The position numbers and the translations under genes were made by a program. Positions 9,621 to 19,661 of a DNA stretch of 64,000 nucleotides are shown one piece after another (position 1 is the stretch's first letter; every line of letters starts with the position of its first letter). Where the stretch lies: contig MFPR01000001.1 in the NCBI GenBank assembly GCA_001784175.1, forward strand, positions 62,001 to 126,000, given 5' to 3'. The notes under the pieces were generated by a model. It did no database searches. It was not told the origin of the DNA and was given only the letters and a program-made list of their open reading frames with translations. Origin of the DNA: Candidatus Lindowbacteria bacterium RIFCSPLOWO2_12_FULL_62_27 (GTDB lineage: Bacteria; Lindowbacteria; 2-12-FULL-62-27).

Positions 9621-10597
9621 GCAGAACGGCCGTCCTCCTTCGCGCGGACGGCGGGCCCGGCATCGGCGGCGGGCATGTGATGCGCGCGCGGACCCTGAGC
9701 GACGCGCTCCTGGACGAGGGCTTCGATGTCCATCTCTTCTCGAAAGACAATGCGTGGATCCGCTCCGTACAGCCGATGTTCCGGTGCCGCGTCCGGTTGC
9801 TCAAGGCCGCTGACAACGAATCTCTGATTCTGTTTCAATCCGCCCGCCGCCTCGGCGCGCGGCTCATCGTCCTCGACGTTCAGAGCACGTCCCCCGAATA
9901 CGTGAAATACCTCCAGGGGTCCGGCGCCACCGTGATCACCATCGACGACCCGGGCCTCGGCGCCGATGCCGCTGACGCGACGTTCCGGGCCGGACACAAA
10001 CTGCGCAGGGAAAATAATTATTATTACGGCTTTCCGTACGCGATTCTCCCGCCCGCGCTCCTGAAACTCAGGGACGGGTCACGCGAACCGGAGGCGGTCC
10101 GGTCCGCCGTCATTTTCCTGGGAACGTTTGACGCGCGCGGGTACGGCCGCTGGATCCCGGACATCGCCGGCCGGTTTCCGCAGATCGCATTTTCCTGGTT
10201 CACGGACTCGGCCGCCGCGCCACACGCCAACCTGCAAATTCTGGGCCTCTCGCAAAACCTCTTCTGGGAAAAACTCGCCGCGGCGGACCTCGCGATCATT
10301 TCCGGCGGCGTGACCTTGTATGAGACAACCACCCTCGGCCGGCCGGCGGTCGTTCTGCCCCAGGCGCCTCACGAAACCGAGCAGGCGAAGTTCTTCGCCG
10401 ACGCCGGCGCTGTCTGTCTTGTGGACCCGCCGTCTTTCGAACAGCTCGCCGGCGTCCTTTCGGCGCTGGCCGGCGCGAAGGACCGGCTGGCCGCCATGCA
10501 TGACCGATCGATGGAGCTGGCGGACGGCCGGGGATTGGAGAGATTTCTCGAAGCCGTCCGGCGGCTGCTCAGCCGGTCCACGATCGCGGCCGGTTGA
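9617..10597 (+). CDS. PseG/SpsG-family UDP-sugar hydrolase (GT-B fold)
   Basis: RADGGPGIGGGHVMR, ADLAIISGGVTLYE, DGRG; coupled to the SpsF-like gene. Confidence 0.8.
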   Translation: MSRTAVLLRADGGPGIGGGHVMRARTLSDALLDEGFDVHLFSKDNAWIRSVQPMFRCRVRLLKAADNESLILFQSARRLGARLIVLDVQSTSPEYVKYLQGSGATVITIDDPGLGADAADATFRAGHKLRRENNYYYGFPYAILPPALLKLRDGSREPEAVRSAVIFLGTFDARGYGRWIPDIAGRFPQIAFSWFTDSAAAPHANLQILGLSQNLFWEKLAAADLAIISGGVTLYETTTLGRPAVVLPQAPHETEQAKFFADAGAVCLVDPPSFEQLAGVLSALAGAKDRLAAMHDRSMELADGRGLERFLEAVRRLLSRSTIAAG

Positions 10598-11919
10598 AGA
10601 CGATTCAGAGCGCCCTCGCCGGATTTCACCGGCACTGCCTTCGAGAGCCCGATCTGACGCGCCGGTCGTGCCGGGCCGCGCGCCAGGGGCTGCCGGGGTT
10701 GCACGCGCTGTTTGGCCGGCATCCCACGCCGTTTTCGCCGACGCCGTGGCTGCGGTCTCCGGAATTTTTCCGGGAAATGTCCGCGCTCTGCCGGAATCTG
10801 TCAGACATTCTCGAACAGGCCGGACGGATGGCGCTCGAAGACGAAGATCTATTGGACGCCTACCAATTCCCCGCAGTTTTCCAGGAAATTCTGCGCATCG
10901 ATCCCGGTTACCGGCGTCTTGCGCCCGTGCTGCGGCTCGACGGCCATTTCGTTCGCGGCGTCTTCCGGATCGTCGAAACCAACGCGGACGGATCGGCGGG
11001 GATGAACGACTCGAACGCCATCGAACGCGCGCTCCTCGCGACGCCCCTTTACTCGTACTTCGCCGATCGTGGACCTATCGAGTCTCTCGAGATGGTCGAC
11101 TCGCTGGCCCGGATGCTGGCCCGCTACTCGCGCGTATCCGGCGATCGCGGCGCAACATGCGTCGGGATTCTGGACCGGAGGGGAATCTCCACGGCCTCCG
11201 AATTTGTCGCCGTCCAACAGGCCCTTCGGCGCCTCGGCCAGAACGCCGTCCTCGTCACGCCGGAGGACCTGGCGGTTCGGGACGGACTGCGCGCGCGCGG
11301 GACACGCATCACGCTTGTTTACCGCCGGCTCGTCACGGCCGACGCGTTTCAGATGTGGAGCAGCCTCGGCCCGCTGCTCGAAGCCTATCGCGCCGGCGCC
11401 ATCCGAATGGTCGGATCATTCCGGTCGGAGCTTCTGCACAGCAAGGCCGTTCTCGCGATCATGCGTGATTCGCATGTCCGCGCCCGGATCGGCCCCGCCG
11501 GCCGGCGCCTCATCGATCGGCATGTGCCGCCGGCGTTTCTTCTGACGCCGGCATCCGCCGAACGGACGGTTTCGGCGCGGCGCCGATGGATTCTGAAGCC
11601 TTTGGACTCTTATGGCAGCCGTGGCGTGTTTGTCGGAAACACCCTGACGCGCAAAAGCTGGAAGAAAGCGCTGGCCCACGCGCTGGCCGCCGGCCGATAT
11701 CTTCTTCAGGAATATGTCCCCGCGCCGCGCGAGCCGGTTCTCAGGATCGTGGACAACCGGCCGAAAATTTCCATGGAAATGACGTCGGTCGGCTTTTTCA
11801 TCTACGACGGCGTGATGGCCGGCCCTTACGTCCGGTCCGGCCCGGCGCATCCGCTGTCCATTTCCTACGGCGCCGTGACCCGGCCGGGCTTCCGGTTCCG
11901 GGCCTGGAAGCGGGCTTGA
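10594..11919 (+). CDS. Circularly permuted ATP-grasp amide ligase (glutathionylspermidine-synthase-like)
   Basis: RLDGHF, VETNADGSAG, LKPLDSYGSRGVFVG, LLQEYV; TTG start overlaps the previous stop. Confidence 0.7.
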   Translation: MKTIQSALAGFHRHCLREPDLTRRSCRAARQGLPGLHALFGRHPTPFSPTPWLRSPEFFREMSALCRNLSDILEQAGRMALEDEDLLDAYQFPAVFQEILRIDPGYRRLAPVLRLDGHFVRGVFRIVETNADGSAGMNDSNAIERALLATPLYSYFADRGPIESLEMVDSLARMLARYSRVSGDRGATCVGILDRRGISTASEFVAVQQALRRLGQNAVLVTPEDLAVRDGLRARGTRITLVYRRLVTADAFQMWSSLGPLLEAYRAGAIRMVGSFRSELLHSKAVLAIMRDSHVRARIGPAGRRLIDRHVPPAFLLTPASAERTVSARRRWILKPLDSYGSRGVFVGNTLTRKSWKKALAHALAAGRYLLQEYVPAPREPVLRIVDNRPKISMEMTSVGFFIYDGVMAGPYVRSGPAHPLSISYGAVTRPGFRFRAWKRA

Positions 11920-11944
11920 ATTGACCCACAAAGCGGGATAGCGT
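11916..11944 (+). promoter_or_regulatory. sigma70 promoter (leaderless rsmE)
   Basis: TTGAAT-N17-TAGCGT, 6 nt before GTG 11951. Confidence 0.45.
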
Positions 11945-11950
11945 GCCGCC

Positions 11951-12661
11951 GTGAAACTGATTTTCGCGCCTGCTCATCTTCAGTGCGGCGATCGTTTTTC
12001 TCCCTCGAAGACCGACCAGCGGCACCTTCTAAAGGTGCTGCGTCTGCAGAGGGGCGACGAAGTGGAAGGGAGCGACGGCGCCGTGCGATACCGCTGCAAG
12101 GTCGTGCGGGCCAATTCGAAAGTGGAGCTTGAAGTCGCCACGGCTGAGACGATGGAGGACTCCCGCAGGATCGCGCTCGCGCTTGCGCGAATCGAACCTG
12201 CCCGATTCGAGTTCGCCGTCTCGGCGGCCGCCCAGTTGTCGGTCAAAGAAATCATCGCCTTCGGCTGCGCACGCCAGGATCCGGGAAAGCTCCGGATGGA
12301 CCGCCTCCGGCGCGTGGCGGTCGAATCGGCCAAGCAGACCGGCTGTCCCTTCCTGCCGAGCCTGTCCGAACTGCCCGATGTGCCGTCCCTCGCCGCCTGC
12401 GTTCAGGACACATACGCGCTTCTGTTGGACCACGGCGCTCGTCTGTCTCTCATGGACGCCCTGACCGAGCGGGTGGACCCGTCCGCGGTTTTCCTGATCG
12501 TCGGTCCTCCGGGAGATTTGACTGAAGAGGAGAAGCAGTCGCTTCGGAACGCCGGCGCCGTCCCGGCGCGGCTGGGTGCGGAGCTTTTGCGCAGCGAAAC
12601 CGCAGCCGTTGTCGCCATGGGCGTCGCCGCCGTGACGCTTGCCCGGACCGCGCGGACATGA
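11951..12661 (+). CDS. rsmE: 16S rRNA m3U1498 methyltransferase RsmE
   Basis: HLLKVLRL, ESAKQ, IVGPPGDL, LGAELLRSETAA. Confidence 0.88.
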   Translation: MKLIFAPAHLQCGDRFSPSKTDQRHLLKVLRLQRGDEVEGSDGAVRYRCKVVRANSKVELEVATAETMEDSRRIALALARIEPARFEFAVSAAAQLSVKEIIAFGCARQDPGKLRMDRLRRVAVESAKQTGCPFLPSLSELPDVPSLAACVQDTYALLLDHGARLSLMDALTERVDPSAVFLIVGPPGDLTEEEKQSLRNAGAVPARLGAELLRSETAAVVAMGVAAVTLARTART

Positions 12662-13896
12662 GCGCCGAATTCAAACCCTCGAACCGGCCCATTAAAGTCC
12701 TTCGCGTGATCACCCGCCTCAATGTCGGCGGGCCCGCACAGCACGTCGCGTATCTCACGGCGGGTCTGGCGTCTCACGGGTTCGAAAGCGCGCTGGTCAG
12801 CGGCCGGATCGATCCGGCGGAGGGCGACATGGCGTACTTTTGCGAAAAACTCGGCGCGCAAGTCCGGTACGTTGACGCGCTCATCCGGCCGGTGAGTCCC
12901 CTTCAAGACCTGGCGGCATTTTTTCAGATTCTTCGTATCCTCCGCCGCGAAAAGCCGGATGTCCTGCACACGCATCTGGCCAAGGCCGGATTCCTCTCGC
13001 GCATGGCGGCGTTACTCCTCAAGCCATTCGGCGTGAACCCGGTCGTGATCCACACCTTTCACGGGCACGTGCTCCACAGCTATTTCTCGAACCGGCAAAA
13101 CTCGCTCCACCTTTTTCTTGAACGCTTCTCCGCGCGGTGGACGGATCGGATCGTCACCGTATCGGAGCGGCTCCGCCAGGAGTTGATCCATGTCTACGGC
13201 ATCGCTCCGGCGGAAAAGTTCCGCGTCGTGCCGCTCGGATTCGACCTCGCGCCGTTTCTTCAGATGCCCCGCCATCGCGGCGAATTCCGGAAAAAAATCG
13301 GCGTGGATGAAGTCACCCCGCTCATCGGCATCGTCGGCCGGCTCACGGCGGTGAAGGACCACGCGCTGTTTCTCGACAGCTTTCTGGAAACGTTGAAGGA
13401 AGTTCCGGCCGCCGTCGCGGTCATCATCGGCGACGGCGAGGAACAGGAACGCATCCGCGCGCACGCCGAGCGGCTCGGCATCCCGGGCCGGATCCGATGG
13501 ACGGGCTTTCTGAAAAATCTCCCGGAAGTCTACAGCGATCTCACCGCCCTTGCCCTGACGTCCAAAAACGAGGGCACGCCGGTGGCCGTCATCGAAGCGC
13601 AGGCGTCGGGATGCCCGGTGGTCGCGGCCGATGTCGGCGGCACCTCCGACGCGATGCCGCCGCGGCCCGGCGAACTCGTCCAGGACGGCCGCATCGAACG
13701 GGCCGGCGGCTTCCTGATCCGGCGCCGCACGCCCGTCGAATTCGCGAATGCGTATCTGGAAATCTTAAAAGGAAGGTTCTCCCCTCACCCGGACGCCCGG
13801 TCCCTGATGGCCGAAACGTTCGGCGTCGCGCGGCTCTGCGAGGACATCGCGCACCTCTACAAAAACACGCTCGCCGCCTGCCGACCGGCCGACTGA
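12658..13896 (+). CDS. Glycosyltransferase family 4
   Basis: ITRLNVGGPA, HTFHGH, GRLTAVKDH, SKNEGTPVAVIEA. Confidence 0.9.
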   Translation: MSAEFKPSNRPIKVLRVITRLNVGGPAQHVAYLTAGLASHGFESALVSGRIDPAEGDMAYFCEKLGAQVRYVDALIRPVSPLQDLAAFFQILRILRREKPDVLHTHLAKAGFLSRMAALLLKPFGVNPVVIHTFHGHVLHSYFSNRQNSLHLFLERFSARWTDRIVTVSERLRQELIHVYGIAPAEKFRVVPLGFDLAPFLQMPRHRGEFRKKIGVDEVTPLIGIVGRLTAVKDHALFLDSFLETLKEVPAAVAVIIGDGEEQERIRAHAERLGIPGRIRWTGFLKNLPEVYSDLTALALTSKNEGTPVAVIEAQASGCPVVAADVGGTSDAMPPRPGELVQDGRIERAGGFLIRRRTPVEFANAYLEILKGRFSPHPDARSLMAETFGVARLCEDIAHLYKNTLAACRPAD

Positions 13897-13901
13897 CGCG
13901 C

Positions 13902-14516
13902 TCACGTCATCTTGACGATGATGTCGCTGATGATGTCCGCCGAATGGTCTCCCCGGTCCGCCGCGTTCGACAGGTGGCGGTAGACCTCGCGGTGTTTGAG
14001 GACATAGGTGAAATCGTTTGAATTGAAGAGTTCCGCGAGCGCCTCGCGGTACCGGTGCTCGACGTAGTTTTCGGATTTTTTGGCGCGGATGATGTGTTCG
14101 TTGGCGTCGGCCATGTTGTTCCGGAGGGACTTGATCGCGAGCGTGATCTCCTTCGACATGGTGTAGAGGCCCTCGGAGATTTTCCTCAAATGCTCGTTGG
14201 ACCCGACCTTGAACAGCAGCATCTCCTCGACCGAGGTCTTCGCGTAGTCGACCATGTCGTCGACCGACCGCGACAGCGCAAAAATGTCCTCGCGGTCCAT
14301 CGGCGTCACGAAGGAATCGTTCAGTTCCAGAACGAGCCGGCGGCGGGCCTCGTCGGCCTCATTCTCCGCGTCCTCCACCCGCTTCCCCCGCTCCGCGGTG
14401 GGATCGGTGACGAACTCATGGAGGAGCCGCATGCCCTCCTCCGTCCGCTCCGCGTGATCGCTGAGCATCTTGTAGAAATCGCGTTTCTTCGGAAAAAACA
14501 GTTGCCTCAGTCCCAT
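13902..14516 (-). CDS. DUF47/PhoU-like phosphate transport regulator
   Basis: ENEAD, FVTPMDREDI; adjacent to Pit. Confidence 0.9.
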   Translation of the reverse strand: MGLRQLFFPKKRDFYKMLSDHAERTEEGMRLLHEFVTDPTAERGKRVEDAENEADEARRRLVLELNDSFVTPMDREDIFALSRSVDDMVDYAKTSVEEMLLFKVGSNEHLRKISEGLYTMSKEITLAIKSLRNNMADANEHIIRAKKSENYVEHRYREALAELFNSNDFTYVLKHREVYRHLSNAADRGDHSADIISDIIVKMT

Positions 14517-14535
14517 CCGTTGCCTCCTTGGCTCA

Positions 14536-15546
14536 TTAGAGCATTTTACCCAGCAGATTCAATCCCAGATAGGTCAGCGCCGACACCAGCGCCGCCGCCG
14601 GGATGGTGACAAACCACGTCGTGACGATCTCGCCCGCGCGGTGCCACCGCACCGCCTTGATCCGCTCCGCCGAGCCCACGCCCATGATGCTCGACGACAC
14701 CACATGGGTCGTCGACACCGGCCCGCCGAGGAGCGCGGCGGTCAGGATGACCGATCCCGACGCGCTCTGCGCGCTGAAGGCGTGGATCGGCCGGAGGCGG
14801 TAGATGCCGCTGCCCACCGTCTTGATGATCGACCATCCGCCGAAGGCCGTGCCGAGGCCGATGGCCGACGCGCAGGCGAAAATCGCCCACACGGGCACCG
14901 TGAATTCCGGATAGTGTTCCGGAAACGCGGCGACGAGGACCATCGTGATGATCCCCATTGATTTTTGGGCGTCGTTCCCGCCATGCGACAGCGCCAGCGC
15001 GATGGAGGAAACGATCTGGGATCGTTTGAAAAAATGGTTCACGTGCGGCGTTGCGCCGCGGGTCAGAAAAACCGACAGCGACTGGAACGCGTATCCGATC
15101 AGAAATCCGACGATGGGCGACGTGATCAGCACCAGCACGATTTTGACGAAACCCGCGACTTTGAAATGCGCCACGCCCGTCGCCGCCAGGACGCTTCCGG
15201 CGATCCCTCCGACCAGCGCGTGGCTCGACGACGACGGCAGGCCGAACCACCACGTCAAAAGGTTCCAGAAGATCGCCCCGCTCAGGGCGCCCATGATCAC
15301 CCACGCATTGATCACGGTCGGATCGACAATGTCCTTCCCGATCGTCTTCGCGACCGCCGTGCCCAAAATAAAAGGCCCGAGGAACTCGCAGCTCGCCGCG
15401 ATGATCAGGGCCGCGGACGGCGACATCGACCGGGAGGCGATCATCGTCGCGACGACGTTCGAGGCGTCGTGGAATCCGTTCACGAAATCGAAGACGATGG
15501 CCATCCCGATCACGAGGACCACCAGATAAAGGGGGGACTCCATCAC
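14536..15546 (-). CDS. pit: Inorganic phosphate transporter (Pit family)
   Basis: NGFHDASN, LPSSSSHALVG, HGGNDAQK, PVSTTH. Confidence 0.93.
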   Translation of the reverse strand: MMESPLYLVVLVIGMAIVFDFVNGFHDASNVVATMIASRSMSPSAALIIAASCEFLGPFILGTAVAKTIGKDIVDPTVINAWVIMGALSGAIFWNLLTWWFGLPSSSSHALVGGIAGSVLAATGVAHFKVAGFVKIVLVLITSPIVGFLIGYAFQSLSVFLTRGATPHVNHFFKRSQIVSSIALALSHGGNDAQKSMGIITMVLVAAFPEHYPEFTVPVWAIFACASAIGLGTAFGGWSIIKTVGSGIYRLRPIHAFSAQSASGSVILTAALLGGPVSTTHVVSSSIMGVGSAERIKAVRWHRAGEIVTTWFVTIPAAALVSALTYLGLNLLGKML

Positions 15547-15582
15547 GCGGTCAGTTCGTCACGCCGGGGCGGGGGGACAGGG

Positions 15583-16371
15583 CTAATTTTTTTTGGTGAA
15601 GGCGCTCAGCATGTCCAGCGGGATCGGAAAGACAATCGTGGTTTTTCCCTCCGTGGACATTTCCAGGAGCGTCTGCAGATACCGAAGCTGCAGGGCCTCG
15701 GGGTGGGCCGAGATGACCTTGGCCGCGTCCGTCAGCTTTTGCGACGCCTGAAACTCGCCCTCGGCCGCAATGATCTTCGCCCGGCGCTCGCGTTCGGCCT
15801 CGGCCTGCCGCGCCATCGCGCGCTGCATCCCCTGCGGAATCTCCACGTCCTTCACCTCGACCGCCTTGACCTTGATGCCCCACGAGTCGGTCTGCTCATC
15901 GATGATGACCTGAAGCTGCTGATTGATCTTGTCGCGGTTCGACAGAAGATCGTCCAGCTCGTGCTGGCCGAGGGTGCTGCGGAGCGTCGTCTGGGCGATC
16001 TGCGACGTCGCCATGTAGTAGTCGGCGATCTTCACGGTGGCGTCCTCCGGGTTGAGCACCCGGAAATAGACCACCGCGTTGACTTTGACCGGCACGTTGT
16101 CTTTCGTGATCACGTCCTGGGTCGGCACGTCCATGGTGACGATTCGAAGGTCCACCGTGACCATCTTGTCGACGAACGGGATGAGCAGAATCAGCCCGGG
16201 ACCGTTGCCCTGCCCGCCCGGGTTCCACAGCGCGCGCGCCAGCCGGCCGAACCGGAACACGATGGCGCGCTCATATTCGCGAAGCACATGGAACGAATTC
16301 CAGAAGGCGACGACCACGAAGAGTACGGCGGCGAGAAGAATCGGGTTCAACAGAAAAAAGTTCACTTTCAT
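15583..16371 (-). CDS. Stomatin/slipin (SPFH) protein
   Basis: [39 protein letters not shown]. Confidence 0.95.
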   Translation of the reverse strand: MKVNFFLLNPILLAAVLFVVVAFWNSFHVLREYERAIVFRFGRLARALWNPGGQGNGPGLILLIPFVDKMVTVDLRIVTMDVPTQDVITKDNVPVKVNAVVYFRVLNPEDATVKIADYYMATSQIAQTTLRSTLGQHELDDLLSNRDKINQQLQVIIDEQTDSWGIKVKAVEVKDVEIPQGMQRAMARQAEAERERRAKIIAAEGEFQASQKLTDAAKVISAHPEALQLRYLQTLLEMSTEGKTTIVFPIPLDMLSAFTKKN

Positions 16372-16453
16372 TCACGTCCTTTCATATCGATCATCTATAC
16401 GGTATGGATTATCAGCGAACGCCAACGGTGTAAAGAGGAAGCGCCCAAATCGC

Positions 16454-17758
16454 TCAGAGCAGACGCCGCACGATCAGTTGAACGCCGTCCTTCCGGATCA
16501 CGCTGACCGCCGTGCCCGCATCCAGCGCGGCGCCGTCTTCCGTGTGGGCGCTCCAGAGTTCCCCGTCGACCAGAACGTGCCCCACGGGATTGAGCGGCGT
16601 GCGCACTTCGCCCCGCATGCCCGACAGGACTTCCTCCCCCACGCGGACTTTCGTGTGGAACGCGCGGACGGCGGCGCCGACCGCAAAAACGACGAAGGCG
16701 GCCGTCATCGCCGTGAAGAGCAGGATCACTTGAAAGGACACGCGAAACGCCTTGTCTTCAAACAGCATCAGCCCGCCGATGGCCATCGAGACGATGCCGC
16801 CCGCCGTGAGAATCCCGTGGCTGGCGACCTTGATGTCCAGGAGCATCAGGCCAATTCCGACGACCATGAGAATGAGGCCCACCGTGTTGACGGGGAGGAT
16901 CGACAGGCCGTACGCCGCGAGGATCAGCGACAGAACGCCCACCACGCCCGGCACGCCGACGCCCGGCGTCGAAAATTCAAAATAGATGCCGGCCATCGCC
17001 AGCAAGATCAGAACGTAGACGACATTCGGATCCGTCAAAAACGCCAGGACCTTCTCCTTGAGTTTCGGCTCCACCGTTCGGAGTTCGACGGACTTGATTT
17101 GAAGCGCAATCTGTTTTCGGCCCGGCCCGGCCACCGACGTGGTCTCGCCGGCGATCATCGCAAGGAACGAATCGATGCTGTCCGCGCGCAGGTCGATCGC
17201 GCCGCTGTCCAGCGCAACCTTGTCGGTCAGCGACGTGCTCTCGCGCACGGCGGACTCCGCAAAGACGACATTGCGGCGGCGCGTTTCGGCGATCGTCCGC
17301 GCCCACGCGGCCGCGTCGTTCTCCGCCTTCTGCTTCATCACCGCTTCCATCTTGTCGCCTCCGAGCATCACCGGGTGCGCCGCGCCGAGGTGCGTGCCGC
17401 CGGCCATGGCGGAGATGTGGGACGCATAGGTGATGAACACGCCCGCCGACGCCGCGCGCGCCCCGCTCGGCCCGATCCACACGAGAATCGGAATTTCCGA
17501 ATTCAAAAATTCCCGCACGATGTGCCGCGTCGATTCCATCAGGCCCCCCGGCGTGTCCAGCCGGAACAGGACCGCCTTCGCGTTCACCGCGCGCGCCTCG
17601 CGGATCACCCGCTCCACGTACGTCGCCGTCACCGGCGTGATCGCCTTGTCCAGGTCCGCAATGAGGACGACATCCGCGCCGGCGGGGATCAACCCCGGCG
17701 GGAGCAGGACCAGCGAAACCAAGGCGAGAACCAACGTGAGAAAGACACTCTGTCGCAT
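16454..17758 (-). CDS. nfeD: NfeD-family membrane-bound serine protease
   Basis: LDTPGG, AASAG, GAAHP, TM region, C-terminal OB-fold GELWSA; start taken at MRQSV. Confidence 0.92.
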   Translation of the reverse strand: MRQSVFLTLVLALVSLVLLPPGLIPAGADVVLIADLDKAITPVTATYVERVIREARAVNAKAVLFRLDTPGGLMESTRHIVREFLNSEIPILVWIGPSGARAASAGVFITYASHISAMAGGTHLGAAHPVMLGGDKMEAVMKQKAENDAAAWARTIAETRRRNVVFAESAVRESTSLTDKVALDSGAIDLRADSIDSFLAMIAGETTSVAGPGRKQIALQIKSVELRTVEPKLKEKVLAFLTDPNVVYVLILLAMAGIYFEFSTPGVGVPGVVGVLSLILAAYGLSILPVNTVGLILMVVGIGLMLLDIKVASHGILTAGGIVSMAIGGLMLFEDKAFRVSFQVILLFTAMTAAFVVFAVGAAVRAFHTKVRVGEEVLSGMRGEVRTPLNPVGHVLVDGELWSAHTEDGAALDAGTAVSVIRKDGVQLIVRRLL

Positions 17759-17765
17759 AACACCG

Positions 17766-17794
17766 ATCATAGTCGCCGCCCCGCAAAAAATCAA
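17766..17794 (-). promoter_or_regulatory. sigma70 promoter (leaderless nfeD)
   Basis: TTGATT-N17-TATGAT, 7 nt before ATG 17758. Confidence 0.6.
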
Positions 17795-17843
17795 GCCGTG
17801 TCATTGCAAGGCGGCCGGGGAATGAGATTAAATTGGGAGACCA

Positions 17844-19661
17844 ATGGCGACATTGCCCAAACAGCGGCTGAGTTCCAGGGTCCTGCAGATTTCCCTGACC
17901 GTGGCGCTCGCCAGCGTGATTTTCTACGGTCTTTCTGTATTCGCGATCGAGTTCCAGTCCGGTCTCAAGGACGCGCGGATGGAGATGATCAACCGCCTGA
18001 AGGAACTGACGGCGGCGTTCAACCGCGAAGTCCAGCGGCGCCAGACCCGGGTCCGGCTCCTCACGGAAAATCCCCAGGCCTTCGACGCCGCCGTCCAGTC
18101 GATCCGCCGCAGCAAAAAGCCGGAGGCCTTTTTCGGCGACGGCGTCCGCTTCTATCAGATTCTGCATCAAACGGAACTCGAAGCCGGCGGCGCCACGTCC
18201 CTCGAGTTCGAGTCGCTGCTGACCGGGTCGCGCCACGGCGTCCTCAAATTGGTGGAGGGCGTCGACACCGACGCGCGGGCGGGACTGCTCTTTGAGGCCC
18301 ACGCCATGGCGGCCAACCGGGTCCAATCGATCCGGGTCCTCTGGAACGTCGACGCGCTCCTGCCGGCCGTCGATTGGATGTCGAGTCAGCGGGTGGAGGG
18401 GCTGGCGCTGGTCAGGGAAAATGGAAAACCCCTGTGGCTTGCCGGCCAATGGCCCCGGGGCGAGGCGGGGCTTGCGGTTTCAGCGGCGCCTTCGGAATTT
18501 TCCTGGGACGGAAAAACCTGGATCCTGGTAACCGAGGAAATTTCGATCTTCTCCGACCCGGTCCACCTTCGGGCGATCGCGCCCAAATCCCTCCTCTACG
18601 CCCAGGCTTGGCGAATGAGCCGGCGCTTCCTCAACCGCGTCTTCGTCCTCCTCGCCATCGGCCTCGCCCTCGCGGGCCTCCTCGTCGTCGCCACGCGGCA
18701 GGTCATGAAACCGCTCGATGAGGTCACCCGGGGCGTCAACCGCATCGCGGACGGCGATCTCGATACCGTGCTCGAAACATCCGGCGATGACGAGATCGCC
18801 TTTCTCTCGGGACAACTGAACGACCTCGTCCACCGGCTCAAGGTGAAGGAGCAGAGCGTCCAGGCGCATATCCAGCTTCTCAAGGAAAAAAACGACGAGC
18901 TTCAGGCGCTGAGCGACAAATTGAAGGAGGCCGACCGGCTTAAGGATCAGTTCCTGGCGATCCTCAGCCACGAGCTGCGCACCCCTCTGACCGCGATCCT
19001 CGGATACGCCGAGCTTTCCCTCGAAGGCATCTACGGCCCGTTGACGCAGAAACAGACGGAGATCGTCACCTTCATCCACTCCAACGGCCAAAAACTCCTG
19101 ACCCTCATGGAGGACCTCCTCGACATCGCCAAGATCCGCGCGGGAACCATCGAAATCAACATCGAGCCCCTCGATCCTTACGACCTCATGGCCGACATCC
19201 GCAAGTACGCCGAAAATTCGGTCCGGGCCAAATCGGACGTCCGGTTCGTCGAGGACATTCACGCCGGCCTGCCCGGGATTCGGACCGACCGCGTCAAACT
19301 CGAACAAATCCTGACCAACCTCCTGTCGAACGCGATCAAGTTCACCGAGCGCGGCCACGTGGCCCTGTCGGTGACGCGCGAGGGAGACAGCCGCGTGAAG
19401 TTTACGGTGGAGGACACCGGCATCGGAATCGCCCCGGCTCACCTGCCGAAAATTTTTGATCCCTTTGTCCAGCTCGACGCCGGCGTCCGCCGCCGGTACG
19501 GTGGAACCGGCCTGGGATTGACCATTTGCAAGAGTCTGGTCGATAAGTTGGGTGGGCGGATCGAAGTCGAAAGCATCCCGGGCAGCGGAAGCCGGTTTTC
19601 CGTGTGGATGCCCGTGGACAGCCGGCCGGCGCATGATTCTTCGGGAGGACAGGCTGCATGA
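17844..19661 (+). CDS. Membrane sensor histidine kinase (2 TM, HAMP, HisKA, HATPase)
   Basis: SHELRTPL, NLLSNAIKFT, DTGIG, GGTGLGL. Confidence 0.95.
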   Translation: MATLPKQRLSSRVLQISLTVALASVIFYGLSVFAIEFQSGLKDARMEMINRLKELTAAFNREVQRRQTRVRLLTENPQAFDAAVQSIRRSKKPEAFFGDGVRFYQILHQTELEAGGATSLEFESLLTGSRHGVLKLVEGVDTDARAGLLFEAHAMAANRVQSIRVLWNVDALLPAVDWMSSQRVEGLALVRENGKPLWLAGQWPRGEAGLAVSAAPSEFSWDGKTWILVTEEISIFSDPVHLRAIAPKSLLYAQAWRMSRRFLNRVFVLLAIGLALAGLLVVATRQVMKPLDEVTRGVNRIADGDLDTVLETSGDDEIAFLSGQLNDLVHRLKVKEQSVQAHIQLLKEKNDELQALSDKLKEADRLKDQFLAILSHELRTPLTAILGYAELSLEGIYGPLTQKQTEIVTFIHSNGQKLLTLMEDLLDIAKIRAGTIEINIEPLDPYDLMADIRKYAENSVRAKSDVRFVEDIHAGLPGIRTDRVKLEQILTNLLSNAIKFTERGHVALSVTREGDSRVKFTVEDTGIGIAPAHLPKIFDPFVQLDAGVRRRYGGTGLGLTICKSLVDKLGGRIEVESIPGSGSRFSVWMPVDSRPAHDSSGGQAA

